Shown here: positions 1 through 15,160 of the stretch, in pieces
Position numbering within the stretch: the first letter of the stretch is position 1
How the letters are laid out: each line of letters opens with the position of its first letter
Source: Octopus vulgaris
Lineage: Eukaryota
Reading direction: 5' to 3'
DNA length: 64,000 nt
NCBI GenBank assembly: GCA_951406725.2
Contig: OX597816.1
Location: 68,200,001 to 68,264,000, forward strand
Made by a program: the position numbers and the translations under genes
The notes under the pieces: generated by a model
The model's database searches: none
Seen by the model: the letters and a program-made list of their open reading frames with translations, nothing else
What the model was told of the DNA's origin: nothing

Positions 1-270
1 TTTTGGTATTAAAATTGCTTCCATCGCTGATAACTAATTCCTAAGGAGTCTGTTGGCCGTTTGCAACATCAACGTCTAAAAAGATGCTGAAATTCTATGT
101 ATCGTGGCAGCGAGGTTTGACTGGCAACCACTCACTCGGTGCTTCCCGCTGATGATTTCCAATAAAACCAAATCACGTGGTATGAAAATTCGCGCGGCCT
201 TGGCAGACATATTTCGTCTGCTATCATCAATGAGTGTACCTTTATGCATCAAGCGCCTACAGGAGAGGCG

Positions 271-334
<64 letters not shown>

Positions 335-449
335 TATGCATGTATGTATATATTATATAGATAGTGAAAGTATTAATAGTGAAACTATTAAAACTGAAAC
401 TATTATCTCACATTACAATAGAGATATCATTGTTTCACGTAATACCGAA

Positions 450-641
450 ACCGTGTAAGAGATTACTCGGGGCTCGTATTAGGCAATAAGTTGAAACTCT
501 TTTTGGTCTATGACACTGTATGAACCCTAAGTAGTGTGTGTGTAAAATTTGAATGAAATCGGTTGAGTTGTTCTCGAGTTTTAGTCATGTACACATACAG
601 ACAAACAGACAGGCAATAGATAGACATACATTCTCAGTTTT
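450..641 (-). mobile_element. Helitron-like 5'-end remnant
   Basis: tgtaaaatttgaatgaaatcggttgag...acagacaaacagac...attctcagtttt resembles the reverse complement of non-autonomous Helitron 5' ends; terminal TC not preserved. Confidence 0.4.
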
Positions 642-1534
642 GTGGCTAGCGTATAGAAAAGCCGCCATATCGGTAAAATTAATTTTTCAGTATCTTATTA
701 TAAAAAAATATAATCATAATTAAGGGCGCTGGAAGGCCAACGCCAATAAGCTAGAAGTAGATGTCAAATGGCTACAAACCACTCTAAATTTGTTCTGTTT
801 TTGTAACACAAAGCTGAATTCGAGGGAATGGACAAGAAGATTTGTAAGATTTCGGATAACTCTATATCTTAAAATTTCGTGTTCTGTTATGAAAATTACT
901 TTATACACTTCAGTAGAAGTACATTGACAATACATAAGCGAAAAATACATATACATAGCGATAAACCTCTGCGTACAGATACCAATGTATACATTCATTT
1001 CCCGCGTATACATTATACCTATTCATCCATCTCAGCCATGTGGTTAATGCAAGAAATAATTCCGGGGTGAATTTAGTTGCAGAGCAAAATATAATGGCTA
1101 GAGAACTCAAAATTATATATACTTAAAAATTGACGATATAATCATGTAGAAAAGCTCCAAAATATTTAAAATAGATAGAAAAGTCCGAAGAGTTACTTTG
1201 ATCTAATGTTAGAACGTCTCTCATATTTACAGAAAATGCAGATTTGACTTTTTCTATACAAAGGTTTTAAAACACAATATTTACGCGCTATTACGTTCTG
1301 AGTTTAAATTCCGCCGAGGTCGACTTTGCCTTTCATGGTTCCGGGGTCGATAAATTAAATACCAGTTGCGTACTGGAGTGGATCTAATCGACTGCTCCCC
1401 GCCCCCCCCGCCACAAAATTTTGGTCCTTAGAAAAGAATATTTACGCGCTATAATCTAAAGCTTTTCTATTTTGAGCTCAACCGTTATAAACGAAGTACT
1501 TCACGTTCTCTCGAGGTTTCTGAATTTTTATGAC

Positions 1535-1571
<37 letters not shown>

Positions 1572-1574
1572 ATG

Positions 1575-1624
<50 letters not shown>

Positions 1625-2169
1625 GACAGACACACTATACACACACACGCATCCATTTATGTAAAGCAAATAACAGAATCAAAAGAACTCTAAAAAAAAA
1701 CAAAACAAAATGGCTGACATTTGATTCCCATCTGTACTTTTTCCCTTTTTGACGTGATGAATAAGCTATTTATTTATTATACTTATCTATTCTTCAATAA
1801 ATGTATGTCTTCTGTTTAGATGCTTTCATAATTATGTCTTTATCTGGTCAAGTGATTTCTTAAGAGCGACTCAATTTGTCTTGTCGAAATAACAACGAGA
1901 CTTAATCGTTATGTACGACAGTCAAAATGTTTTCTATTTAATTTGACCTTTCATAAAACAGATTTAAACAAAGGAACTATTATATTAAGTAATTTTTCTT
2001 TTTGTAAATACCTATGTGTGTGTGTGTGTGTGTGAGCGAGCGCGTACGTGTGCGTGTGTATGCGTTAATGTAACTTAAACTAACATAGTCGGTGTGTCAG
2101 GTCAACGTACGCATAGGCAGTAAGGCAGTAACGTATATTCATATACACACATAATCACTCGGAAAAACA

Positions 2170-2362
2170 TACATGCATATATGTGTGTGTGTACGTGCGT
2201 GCATGTGTGTATATGTATGCATATGTACGTATGTATATGTACGTACGTATGTATGTATATATATATATATATATATATACATACATACATATATATTTAC
2301 ATATATATATATATATATTTATATACATATACATATACATATATATATATATATACATATAC

Positions 2363-2456
<94 letters not shown>

Positions 2457-2573
2457 TGTATGCAAGCATACACATACACGCGTCTGGTTGGACGTTTGAA
2501 ATTATGAGCGTGTATGTTGTGTACGTATGCGATTATGATTTATGCCTGCTTGTGTTATAACCTACATACACAA

Positions 2574-2604
<31 letters not shown>

Positions 2605-2690
2605 CGCACACACATATATATATACACACGCGCACACACACTCACACACACACACACACATACACACACACAAACGTACACACAACATAG
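2170..2690. repeat. Compound (TA)n/(CA)n microsatellite field
   Basis: Directly visible. Confidence 0.95.
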
Positions 2691-3323
2691 ATATCTCCTA
2701 ACGATTCTTTTCCCCTAATACCTGTGAAGATGTGTCGCCATGTCCGGTTTCCTACTTCCGGCACACAATTTCCTTTCAAGAGCCATCAAACAGCGACTCA
2801 ATCATTTTACAAAAGAGACATTATTGGATAACTAATTCTTGTATACTGTGGAAAGAATGTTTAAATTAATATCTCTAATACACACACACACAAGCAGAAA
2901 TGCAAATACACGTGCAAACCTACCCATACATGCAGAGTTAACGAAATATATCGCGCGCGCGCACACTCACACACGTACCCACGCGCACACACACGCACTC
3001 ACACACACGCACGTGGATAGATGCGCCTGATGTGCTCACGTACGTTTGCTCACATCTGCGCACCAAGAAGGTTACGTAAGTAATTTACTGCAAATTTTCG
3101 TTGACTATTAAATTTTCTGCTATGTGTCTACTCTGTAGAAGGTGAACAAATGGTTGGAATATTGCGGTTTCGATTCCCTCTTGATCTGTTTCACTAACTC
3201 GTTTCTAGTGTCTTTATCGCTAAATTACACAATCGATATGTTACAGTCGTAATGTCTTTTTCACATTCCTTCAAGACTTGCATTGCTTTCTGTTTTTTTT
3301 TTTCATTCACTTGTTTAGAATAT

Positions 3324-3806
3324 GGTGGAGGCGCAATGGCCGAGTGGTTAGGGCAGCGGATTCGCAGCCGGAGGATCGCGGTTTCGATTACCAGACCGGG
3401 CGTTGTGTGTGTTTATTGAGCGAAAACACCTAAAGCTCCACGAGGCCCCGGCAGGTGGTGGTAGTGACCCCTGTTGTACTCTTTCACCCCAACTTTCTCT
3501 CACTTTCTCTTCCTGTTTCTTGAGTATTTGGTTTCTTCCTACCTTCTTTCCTTCTTACGTAAAATGTTTGTTCCTTCTCGAGCCACCCCTGGCTTATAAG
3601 GGCCGGTTTCCCGGTTTCCTTGGTGTATAGGTTTCCCACTTGATGGGACGCCGGTCCGTCGCAGGTGAGCTGCAAGATGCAGGGAGAAAGAGTGAGAGAA
3701 AGTTGTGGCGAAAAAGTCAGCAGAAATTCGCCATTACCTTCTGCTGGAGCCGCGGTCTGAGATTCGAACCCGCGATCCCTCGACCGTGAGTCCGCTGCTC
3801 TAACCA
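3324..3806. mobile_element. Two family C SINEs tail-to-tail (3324-3522 plus, 3566-3806 minus)
   Basis: Both match the family C head and body, in opposite orientations. Confidence 0.8.
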
Positions 3807-3830
3807 TTACGTAATATATGATATTCTAAA

Positions 3831-4233
3831 GGCGACGAGCTGGTAGAAACGTTAGCACGCCGGGCGAAATGCTTAGTGGTATTTCGTCTGCGGTTACGTT
3901 CTGAGTTCAAATTCCGCCGAGGTTGACTTTGCCTTTCATCCTTTCGGGGTAGATTAGATAAATACTAGTTACGCACTGGGGTCAATATAATCGACTTAAT
4001 CCGTTTGTCTGTCCTTGTTTGTCCTCTCTGTGTTTATCCCCTTGTGGGTAGTAAAGAAATAGGTATTTCATCTGTCTTTATGTTCTGAGTTCAAATTCCG
4101 TCGAGGTCGATTTCGCCTTTCATTCTTTCGGGGTCGATTAAATTAAGTACCAGTTGTGTACTGGAGCCAATCTAATCGACTGGTTCCCCACTCCCTCGAA
4201 AGTTCGTGCCTTGTGCCTAGAGTAGAAAAGAAT
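3831..4233 (+). mobile_element. SINE family B (Nin-domain-like), dimeric
   Basis: ggcgacgagctggtagaaacgttagcacg head, B box GAGTTCAAATTC, gaggtcgactttgcctttcatcctttcggggtcgat core repeated twice. Confidence 0.85.
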
Positions 4234-4399
4234 ATATGATGATCTGGTAATACAATAGGCTGCGAGTTGGCAGATTTATTAGGGGATTCTGAAAGCATAC
4301 CTTGCCATAATCGTTTCGGCTGTTTGCACACTGAATTCAAATACTGCTGAGACCATCTTTCCCTTTCATCTTTTCGGGGTTGGTAAGTAAAGTACTACC

Positions 4400-5770
4400 C
4401 CTGAGCTGAGTTTTCTCTTTCACTTTATCACTTCTTGTATTTCTCATTTGCTTGTCTCTCCTCCCTCTCTCTCCTGTGAAAGAAATCGGCTGTTATCATA
4501 CATTGAGACAGATAGGCTTTTCCAAGTTTAAATTGTCTAAGGGATACAATGGCCCCTTCAACTTCACAGTAGTTGTGTACTCAAATTTGTAACGTACTGG
4601 AGTGTACTTGGACGACTTAAATAGGATTGCGGGAGAGATAGTGCTGCCTGACGGCTTTGCATTGAGATTGAAGGTAGAGGACAGGCCGCCTATATGTTTT
4701 GGATGTGGTGAGAAGGGCCACATGAAGACATGGTGCACCCAGAAAAATGAACAAGCAGAGCAGATGGAGAGATAAGAGAGCGCGGACCAGGTAGAACAGG
4801 CCGAGACAAAGGAAACAGATGATGGTATGACTGTTGTAAAAAAAAGAGGAGGAGGAGTGGAGGGAATGGTTCTCCGCCAGAGAAACAGAAAAAGAAGAGA
4901 GAAGATATGAGAAAAGTAAGTGTGAAAGAGGTCAGCAGGAAGGAAGACAAAAGGCCGACAGAGAAAGAAAGTAAAAAGAAAGTGGAGCTACAAGTAAAAA
5001 TACCAGTTGCTCCGGTAGAAAAGGATTCGGAAATTCAGCTGGCCGAAGAAGAATTAGAGAGATGTTTAGAGTGGAGGAGGAAAAGAGAGAACAGAAAAGC
5101 CAAAATAAAGGAAATAATATTAAAGGAAACGGTGTAAGGTATTACGTAACCTACTCGAACAATATTGAAACAGAGAAGAAAATACTCAAGTTCAACCAAA
5201 TAGTAAGAGTAAAGATACCAGCATACATATATGCAGAGGATATGAAGGCGATAGTAATTGAAGAGGTAAGTTATAAAAGACTGCAAGAAATGTGTGGAGA
5301 TAATATTGACCCACCAGGAGTAAGGGTGGAATTCAAATAATTGCCATCAGTAGTGGATTTAGTAGAAATCGAACCACTAATGAAATATTACTAAAAAATA
5401 AATTAGTATGTAAAAGCGACAGGAAAAAAAGAAAAGAAAAAGAAAAAGGAGGAAAAAAAAGTAAAAAGAAAGAGCAAGTGTTTTATGTTATGTTTAATAA
5501 TATCGGAAAATAGAAGAACATTTTTGAGAACATATAACGGTTCGAATAATTGTAATGGTAGACGATAATTAATTGTTAGTTAAATACATGATAAAAACGG
5601 ACAGTTTAAAAAGATTAATGGTAATGCATGTGATGAGGGGCGCATGCAGCCATTCATAACCCTATTATTGCATAATCATCTCATCATATTCGTTCTATGT
5701 ATTGTTCCCTCTGTGGTGTCCTGTCTGTCCTTGTTTGTCCCCCTCTATGTTTGTCCCCCTCTATAAAGAA
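4400..5770 (+). mobile_element. ORF1-only remnant of a Tx1-like retroelement
   Basis: 4695-4736 encodes CFGCGEKGHMKTWC, preceded by ALRLKVEDRPPI (compare ALRVHVEGRKPTC at 57.25 kb), followed by a Lys/Glu-rich region. No ORF2 seen. Boundaries approximate. Confidence 0.6.
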
Positions 5771-6169
5771 ACCGAAGTGTGAGATCGTTAGTCTCGTTAC
5801 TGATTCTGCGTTGGAGAGTCATTGTGCGAACGGTTATAATAAGATAACCAACGCTTGTTACATTGCTTATTGTTATACGGTTATATTTGGTTATATATAT
5901 ATTGTTACACACGCGCGCGCGCACATCATATATTGTCACTGACGATATAATAATTAAACACATCGCTCTGCATGGAACGTAGGCCATCGACGACTTCTCG
6001 CCTCTGATCTCGAACCTGGGCTGTCCTTTATGCTTATCGCCTCTCCTAGGTCTGACTGGTTTCAAATTATTATCGATTTTCAAAAAATAAGCATAAAAGC
6101 TGACGAAATAGGCTTCTAGTCAATACCATTCTTCGAGGCCTATCTAGGACTATATAACCCAATGAAAAA

Positions 6170-6362
6170 GGCGGCGAGATGGCAGAAACGTTTGCACGCC
6201 GGGCGAAATGCTTTGTGGTATTTCGTCTGTCATTAGGTTCATCCTTTCGGGGTCGATGAATAAAGTACCAGTTTCGCACTGGGGTCGATGTAATCGGCTT
6301 AATCCGTTTGTCTGTTCTTGTTCGTCCCCTCTGTGTTTAGCTTCTTGTGGGCAGTAAAGAAG
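6170..6362 (+). mobile_element. SINE family B, internally deleted
   Basis: Head and tail match 3831-4060. Confidence 0.8.
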
Positions 6363-6829
6363 TATATATAACCCAATGAGTTCAGCCTTTGAAGACTGAT
6401 AATGTGTGATTTTGAGAGGAAGTTTTCTAGTATATCTAGGAGACTGAAAGACCAATTTGAAGAAACTATTTATTGGTTCGTCAAAATCTACATTACACCA
6501 TAAACTATTGGAATTTAATTGCTATTTGTAAATAAATACGTGAAGTCACGACATCAATTCTCTTTAGCAATTCCGTTTAGTATTCTTCCTCCAGATTCTC
6601 AATATTGAGATTTTCCATTTATCGTTTTCCTACTTCAAATTCTACCATGACGTAATTAAGTCCTTACAGAATTAGATGAAAATTAGGTGGCGAGGTGGCG
6701 GATTCTGTGGTGTCTTTTCTGTTTACCGTCTCTTCTAGCTCTAGTTGATTTCAAATTGTCATCGATGCTTCTGCAACATTGCTTTTCTTCTCGACGGATT
6801 GTTGATCCCACGCAAATTCAATTTTACCT

Positions 6830-6967
6830 TTGGGAAGAGGTTGTTTGTATTTGGCTGGCCTCTATCCGTTGAGTTGTCCCGTATGGGAGGCCCTGCTAGA
6901 AGCTTACATTCTACTGGCATAGCTCTTAAGGTCATTGAGACACACGAACTACAACACCACGACAAGT
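6830..6967 (-). mobile_element. RTE-like 5'-end remnant
   Basis: Minus cttgtcgtggtg...tgtctcaatgaccttaagagctatgcc...cagggcctccca resembles the BovB/Expander leader (recalled similarity). Confidence 0.4.
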
Positions 6968-7648
6968 ACTGGACACTGTGTTGGTACTGCAGAGTCGTTC
7001 AATCAAATATATCCTTTACTCAATTAAAATGAGGTTTACGATAAGACTCAGCATATAAATATAACAAACCAGTATCAAGAATTGATGACATTTAAACCTT
7101 CTCTTTACAAATCAACAACAGGTTTGATACAAGCCGGCGATAGACATCCTACATGGTCGATAATCTTGTTAAAAATAGCAACTAAAATGTCTTTGAAATC
7201 GCACCACCCGAGAGCACTTCGAAGAAAAGAGGAACATACTCGATAATGTTAATACTGTTTCGAATCCTAGGACTCAGTGATGGTTATTCGCTTTCCCTGA
7301 GGTATAAGTGACCGAGATCACAAAAGCCCCCTTGAATGGGACGCCAGCGCATTGCAGGGTTAGTCATTTACAGCTGAATGGACTGGGCCAATGTAAAATA
7401 AAGTCTTTAGCTCAAGAACATAATGCAACTGCCGCACCGGAAATCGAAACAACGAGCTTGTGATTATGAATGCAACACCTCTAACCGCGAGGCCATGCGC
7501 CTTGATATTCAGTGATGTAGTTTAAAGTGGGAGGGAGCGGGGAGAGAAAAACTGTCTAAAATGGTTAGAGCTAGGATACTTTTGATCAATGGTCTGCTTG
7601 ATAGAGGTTGACTAGGGTTTAAAATATAAGAACAGTAACATTGATGAT

Positions 7649-7953
7649 GTGGAGGCACATGGCCTAGTGGTTAAAGCAGCGGATACGCGGTCGAGGGATC
7701 GTGGGTTCGAATCTCAGACCGGGCGAAGTGTGTGTTTATGAGCGAAACACCTAAGCGCCACTCGGCTCCGGCAGAAGGTAATAGCGAATTTCTGTTGACT
7801 CTTTCGCCAGAACTTTCTCTCACTCTTTCCTCCTTCATCTTGTAGCTCACCTGCGACGGACCGGCGTCCCGTCCAGGTGGGGAACCTATACGCGAAGGAA
7901 ACCAGGAAACCGCCCTTATGAGCCAGGCGTGGCTCGAGAAGGAACAAACAAAC
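7649..7953 (+). mobile_element. SINE family C (tRNA-Arg-like head), full length
   Basis: A box TGGCCTAGTGG, B box GGTTCGAATC, cctgcgacggaccggcgtcccgtccagg domain, gaaggaacaaacaa tail. Sibling copies read gacTCGc at the anticodon position. Confidence 0.85.
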
Positions 7954-8866
7954 ATTGATGATACTGACGGGAATGATGAGCAGTAGCAGTAATGGAACTG
8001 AAACCGTTCCAAGAATTATTTTTATCGTGCAGGAAATATGTATCCATGCCAGGTTACAGTAAATTTAAATAGTTCAATCCTTAATAGGTACTAGGTTACG
8101 TTTTGTTAGTCTAATCAATCACAGTATATCACTGTTATTATTTTATTGACCTTTGATTTATGAAAGACAACATTAATACACACACACACGCACACACACA
8201 CTTTGCCTTTCATATTTCGGGGTCGATGAATAAAGTACCAGTTTCGCACTGGGGTCGTTGTAATCGGCTTAATCCGTTTGTCTGTTCTTGTTCGTCCCCT
8301 CTGTGTTTAGCCCCTTGTGGGTAGTAAAGATATGCAGTCCATAAATTCTACAGTTTTAGCTCACTGATTGATGAAGAGAAAATAATTACAACTGTACTAA
8401 AACTAATGGTTTATTTTACAACCATCAGCCGAGATGCTTTACAAAAGAAGTGTTGTGAAGTTCATGCTTTTTACTAGGACATGAATAGTCTCAAACCATT
8501 TTATGGTAGAAACTGTCTTGTAGAATTAGGTCATAGAGTGGAACTTATTGTCTCCATGGTGTTTTCAATCTTCCCAAAAAGAAAAATGATTAGCTGTGCT
8601 AATTTTTAGCCCCAGATCAAACCCCATCCAAGAGATCTATGGTCGAAGGCGAGCCAGCTGCCGTAAGCATCTCGTCTTTGTCCTTTTTTGTTATTATATA
8701 AGGGACTACAATGTCGGACATATCCTTCTATTTAAAACGTGGGTTGTAATTAGAAGATGCTTTGGCTGCTGTTTTTGGCAGACTGAATAACCACGTAGTA
8801 ACTTCCTGGTTGGTGCATGTATTTTTATATTTCTACAAAGATATATATATATATACATATATATAT

Positions 8867-9248
8867 TACTCTTTTACTCTTTTATTTGTTTCAGTCATGT
8901 GACTGCGGCCATGCTGGAGCACCGCCTTTAGTCGAGCAAATCGACCCTTGACTTATACTTTGTAAGCCTAGTACTTATTCTATCGGTTCTTTTGCCGAAC
9001 CGCTAAGTTACGGGGACGTAAACATACCAGCATCGGTTGTCAAGCGATGTTGGGGGGACAAAAACAGACACAGAAACACACACACACATATACATATATA
9101 CGACGGGCTTCTTTCAGTTTCCCTCTACCAAATCCATTCACAAAGCTTTAGTAGAAGATACTTGCCCAAGGTGCCACGCATTGGGGACTGAACCTGGAAC
9201 CATGTGGTTGGTAAGCAAGCTAATTTACCATACAGCCACTCCTGCGCC
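8867..9248 (-). mobile_element. SINE family A
   Basis: Reverse-complement match to 49277-49709 with a small internal deletion. Confidence 0.85.
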
Positions 9249-9334
9249 TATACATACCACACAGCCACTCCTGCGTCTAAAGAATGGTATGCAATTGATT
9301 CTACGAAATGACTCTAGGCCAAGAATGTTATTTA

Positions 9335-9512
9335 CCGCATTCATTTGTGTATAAGTCATACTATTTTATATGGTCGAAAAGTTTTTTAAAAACCACTAAG
9401 ACAAGTGGGGTGTGACTTATACACGGGGCAATGCTAAAGTTACGAGAGGAAAAAAATTGTACCATGATTCTGCAATAAATAAAGGGTGCGACTTATACAC
9501 GAGTAAATATGC
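9335..9512. mobile_element. Tc2/pogo-type MITE
   Basis: TA|ccgcattcatttgtgtataagtcatac ... gtgcgacttatacacgagtaaatatgc|TA imperfect TIRs; internal repeat of gacttatacacg. Confidence 0.6.
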
Positions 9513-11112
9513 TATTTTAGCGAAACTAGGAGGAAAGAAAAGAAAAATCTACACCACTGAGATTTGCACACTGAAATTCCTTTTGGCTTTCACTTTTTCT
9601 CTCCATTGATCTTTAATATCATGATTTTTAACATATCAACTTAATATAGGCATAATATCAAATATTATTAATAAGTTATAAAGGCAAACATTGTTTGCGG
9701 GAGATGTGCGGTTGGCTACATCGGCTGTTATTTATTTTATAATATCCGAATTAATAACATTTAACGATAAGAATATATCAGTTTTGAACACAGGTTCAAA
9801 TTTTAGGCGAAGGTGTACAGTTGATTGTATCACCCCTAGTACATGACTGGTACTTCAACACCGCTGAATAAATGAAAATAAAATAACATCAGCGCAAATA
9901 ATAATAATAATATTAATAATAATAATAATGATAATAATAATAATGCTGATAGATATATTAGCAAAACCTATATAAACAAAACTCCAGGTGCAGTGAAATA
10001 TGTAAATAAATCCCAGATGCAGACATATACACAACAAAACCTCAAGCACTTATAAATATACACCACAGAGAAAAATGACACTACTAGACACTGCATATAT
10101 ATATTATATCAAGTATTTTCAATACAATAGAAAAAAAAATACAACCTCAAATTCAAAAGAAAACACTGCATGTACCACGGCACAGTGAGCCGTTTTCGGT
10201 TCTGTTGTGAAAGTATATAATGAAAATATAAGGCCACTGAAATAATAATAATTATTTCGAACCTATACAGCGAGCCATAAATTAGTGTCTTTTTTTTTTC
10301 GGTGGGGACTAGTCAATTAAATCGACCTCAGTACTTGGTTGGTGCTTAAATTTTTCTACCTCGGTAGGCTGAAAGATAAAGTTGGTTCCGGATGGAAATT
10401 GAACACAAACCATAAAGAGGATGAAACAAAATACTGTAATTCATGAAGTTGAACCATGCTGTCATTTACCGTCTTATTGCATATTCGTCCCACGTTCCAT
10501 ATAAAATATTGGTTTCAAATGTTGGCACAACACCAGCAATTTCGGGGCATTTTATCAATCTCAAAGGAATGAAAGGCAAAGTCGACCTGGGCGGAATTTG
10601 AGCTGAGAACGTAAAGACGGATGAAATACCGCTAAGCATTTTGCCCAGCGTCTTAACGATTCTACCAGCTCGCCATCTTACATGATTATTAAACACGATT
10701 GTTAATACGAAGGGTAATTTCTGCGGGACCCCGTTTATATTTTATGGCCTTCATTCTGTTTTGATGCATATATTTTCAAATCTTCATAACTGTTTCATTA
10801 TGCTAAAGATTGCTACAGTATTACATGGCATATAAAACAGACATTTCCCCACCCCAAAAATGTCTCAAAAAATTACCGATGATCATATGTCACATGCTTT
10901 GATACTCTAGAAAGTTTTATTTTCTCCTGAATATGCCCTTCTGGAACTGGAGTGTGTCTAATATTCCCATGTGTCTTTTATGCCTTCAAATATAATAAAG
11001 TTTTTTTTATATTCTTTCCATAGTTACTGTTGTTGAAAGCGTAACATTCGAAATTATTTCATTCTGTTAAAAGTTTCGATTAAGTATTCCATTTCCTACC
11101 ATATCCAAGTCT

Positions 11113-11495
11113 ATGGAGGCACAATGGCCCAATTGTTAGGGCAGCGAACTCGTGGTCATATGATCGCGGTTTCGATTCCCAGACCAAGCGTTGTGAGTGC
11201 TTATTGAGCGAAAGCACTTAAAGCTCCATGAGACTCCGGCAAGGGGTGGTGGCGAACCCTACTGTACCCTTTCACCACAACTTCCTCTCACTCTTTCTTC
11301 CCGTTTCTGTTGCACCTGTATTTCATAGGGCCAGCCTTGTCACACCCTGTGTCACGCTAAATCTCCCCGAGAATTATGTTAAGGGTACACGTGTCTGTGG
11401 AGTGCTCAGCCACTTGCACGTTAATTTCAGGAGCAGGGTGAACCGTTAATTGGATCAACTGGAACCTTTGTCGTCGTAACCGACGGAGTGCCGTG
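11113..11495 (+). mobile_element. SINE family C variant with a different 3' tail
   Basis: Head matches 3324-3520, then diverges. Confidence 0.75.
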
Positions 11496-12266
11496 TAACA
11501 CTCGAACATATATTGTGACAAACAGAATGAGAATGTAGATTACTTACCAAAGATAATCATTATAAGTTATGACCATTTACAAGAGGCACTCACGAGAGGA
11601 TGGAATGAAAGGAAGCAGCTACTTTCACACCGGCGAACCTGGTGTAAATGTTTGATACAGAGTGGATACCGCTAAAGGCACCACCCTTGGCCCACATGGC
11701 GATGTTAAACGTAGCAACGAATTATGCCTGCTATATAAAAAAAAAATGCCGTAGGCATTGCTGTGTGTTTAAGAACCTCGCTTGGCAACCACATGGTTTC
11801 GTGTTAAGTCTCAATGTGTGGCATATTGGGAAAGTGTCTTATACTATAGCTCTCAGGCCGACCATCGCCTTGTAATTGAATGTGGTCGACGGAAACTATA
11901 TGGAAGCCTGTCTTATATTCATATCATATGTATAAAAAGTAAAAATAGCATTCAAAAATTTACGATAGCTGTTTCGGTAGAATATTATTAATGCATTAAT
12001 AAAAGATTACATCATCAGGCAAAATTTTAAACTGATAAGATTTCAACCTGGTACGGTTTCTTACATCGAGCTACACAAACTGAGTAATCCTAAACGACGT
12101 TTCATCCTTTCTTCTGTTTTTTGATATTCGATTTGTCTTGTCTAAGAAATTGACATTTTTTCTTATTTTTTTCGTCTACCAAATTCTTTCACAAGGTACT
12201 GGTCTGCCAGGAAACCAATTCCATTGCATCTATGCTCTCTACAACTCGGTGGGACTGGCTCCAGAG

Positions 12267-12304
12267 CGAACTGATGAGGGCACAAATATGACGAAATATG
12301 TTCG
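12267..12304 (+). ncRNA. Decayed minimal hammerhead motif
   Basis: cgaa-CTGATGA-g-ggcacaaatatgac-GAAA-ta-TG-ttcg. Helix I intact, but G at the cleavage position, so probably inactive. Confidence 0.45.
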
Positions 12305-13086
12305 GAGTTATCTTCCTTACTACCGGAAATATCATTCTTCCTAAGTTTGACAGAAGGGCAACAATTTTAAAAGGAAAGGGGATATCAATTACATGGACCT
12401 TAGTGCTTAACAGATATTTATTTTATCGAGCCCAAATGGATGATAAGTAAAGCTAACACTGGGGTCATTTGAAGTTAGAACTTAAAGAACCGGAAAAATA
12501 CCACTAAGCCTTCTGCCCGGTGTGGTAAAAATTCTGTCAACACACAGTCTTATTATTGCAATAATGTCAATCATTGACTAAAACTGTTATTTTCCTCAGC
12601 ATATAAATAGTTTCTCACCACATATTTATTTTATTTGATGATGAGTAATGCTTTCCTTGGGCTAAATATTAAAGCGTTCTGACTCCAGTACGGAAATTAA
12701 AGAGCTTGGGAAGTATAGGGTTTTACCCATTAGTCATCACTGCTTCCAGGTCTTCTCTAGCTAGGGTGGTAGTATCTGTAAAAGGCCGCAATTATGGTTC
12801 AAAATTAACAAAAGATGTTCCTTTGGTCAAAGCATACATGGATGAGCTTGTTCGTCGACGTTGACTGGTGCTAGATACACCATCATGTCGAGTGATCCAG
12901 TTCTACTGTCTGAGTGTTAGCTAGGCCCGGTGCCCTAAGAGTAAGGTCGGGAGGACAGGAGATTCGCAGAGTAAACAGTAAATAAACTGGTGCAAGACAG
13001 CGGGAAGAAGCCACTGCTGTATTTTCTCTGAGAAAACTAGTGGATCTTCAGAATTTGGTCTTTGTGGGCCTTGAATATGGAGAGAG

Positions 13087-13120
<34 letters not shown>

Positions 13121-13279
13121 GGAGAGAGAGAGAGTGAGGGAGCGAGATGGGGATAGAGAGAAGAATGAATAGAGAGAGACAAAGAGTAATAAGAGAATAC
13201 GAAAACATTTAACTTAACGATTTTGTAAGAATGGTATTTAATTATCAATTGCAGAAAACTGTCGTATATGTACTTTTTT

Positions 13280-13745
<466 letters not shown>

Positions 13746-13748
13746 GAG

Positions 13749-13825
<77 letters not shown>

Positions 13826-13915
13826 CCTACTCACATAATCGACTACCAAACTGCCTACATATATACCTGCATACCTATCTGTCCATATCCCGTCTCTGAA
13901 GTGTGGGAGCCAATG

Positions 13916-13965
13916 CCTTCTTCTTCTTCTTCTTCTTCTTCTTCTTCTTCTTCTTCTTCTTCTTC

Positions 13966-14001
<36 letters not shown>

Positions 14002-14165
14002 GTCATCATCATCATCATCATCATCATCTTCCGTCTATTCTCTTCCTCACCAATACCACCACCGCCACCACTACCGCCACTGCCACCGCCGCCACCTCCA
14101 CCACTACAGCTGCCGCCCTCATCATCATCGTCATCATCATCATCATCAGCATCGGCATCAGCATC
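13916..14165. repeat. Compound trinucleotide microsatellite (TTC)n(ATC)n(CCR)n(ATC)n
   Basis: Directly visible. Confidence 0.95.
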
Positions 14166-14734
14166 AGTAATTACTGCAACAACATCTGCTAATAGACTGA
14201 ATATTTGTATTTTGTGACATTTAAATAGTGTCAACTAGAGAATAAAAAGCAAAAAAAAAAAGCAAGAAAAGCGAAATAGAAAAAGGCTAAAACACAGCTA
14301 TGTCTCCACCCCCGCATCTCACACCCAAACCGCCCCCACCAACGTACTCATAAAAATGCAGAAAAAGGTAAAAATAAACCCAAAAATAGTGATATTTGTA
14401 AATATTGTGATAAACCTAGAAGACCGACACTCTTCAGCCATTCCCTCAGCATCAGCACCACCATCATCACTACCATCACCACCACACCCATCCCCAGCAC
14501 CACCCACGCCGCCACCGACATGAATATCATCGTCACCACTGAGTCGATACAAGAACCCGAATCCTTAATATCGACTCGTCAATCTTTTATCAATCAGGGA
14601 TAAACCTCCGCCATCGCGGCCACAGCCAGCACGAGCGCCAGTACCACCATCCACGAAGCCTTAAATGGTCCTTTTACATACTGAATACTTGGTGAAATTG
14701 ATTAATAACTAATTAATTTTACCCTCAATTGTTG

Positions 14735-14773
<39 letters not shown>

Positions 14774-14786
14774 CATAGATACATAG

Positions 14787-14843
<57 letters not shown>

Positions 14844-15035
14844 CATATACATAGATACATAGATACATATATATATATATATAGATATATGTATATATGT
14901 ATCTATGTATCTATGTATATGTATATGTATGTATACATACATACATATACATATACATAGATACATAGATACATATATACATATATCTATCTATATATAT
15001 ATATATATATATGTATCTATGTATCTATGTATATG

Positions 15036-15110
<75 letters not shown>

Positions 15111-15129
15111 CTATGTATCTATGTATATG

Positions 15130-15160
<31 letters not shown>

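Noticed and set aside
7649-7725. tRNA-like sequences at SINE heads
   Set aside because: No complete acceptor stem, and each continues into a SINE body; not tRNA genes.
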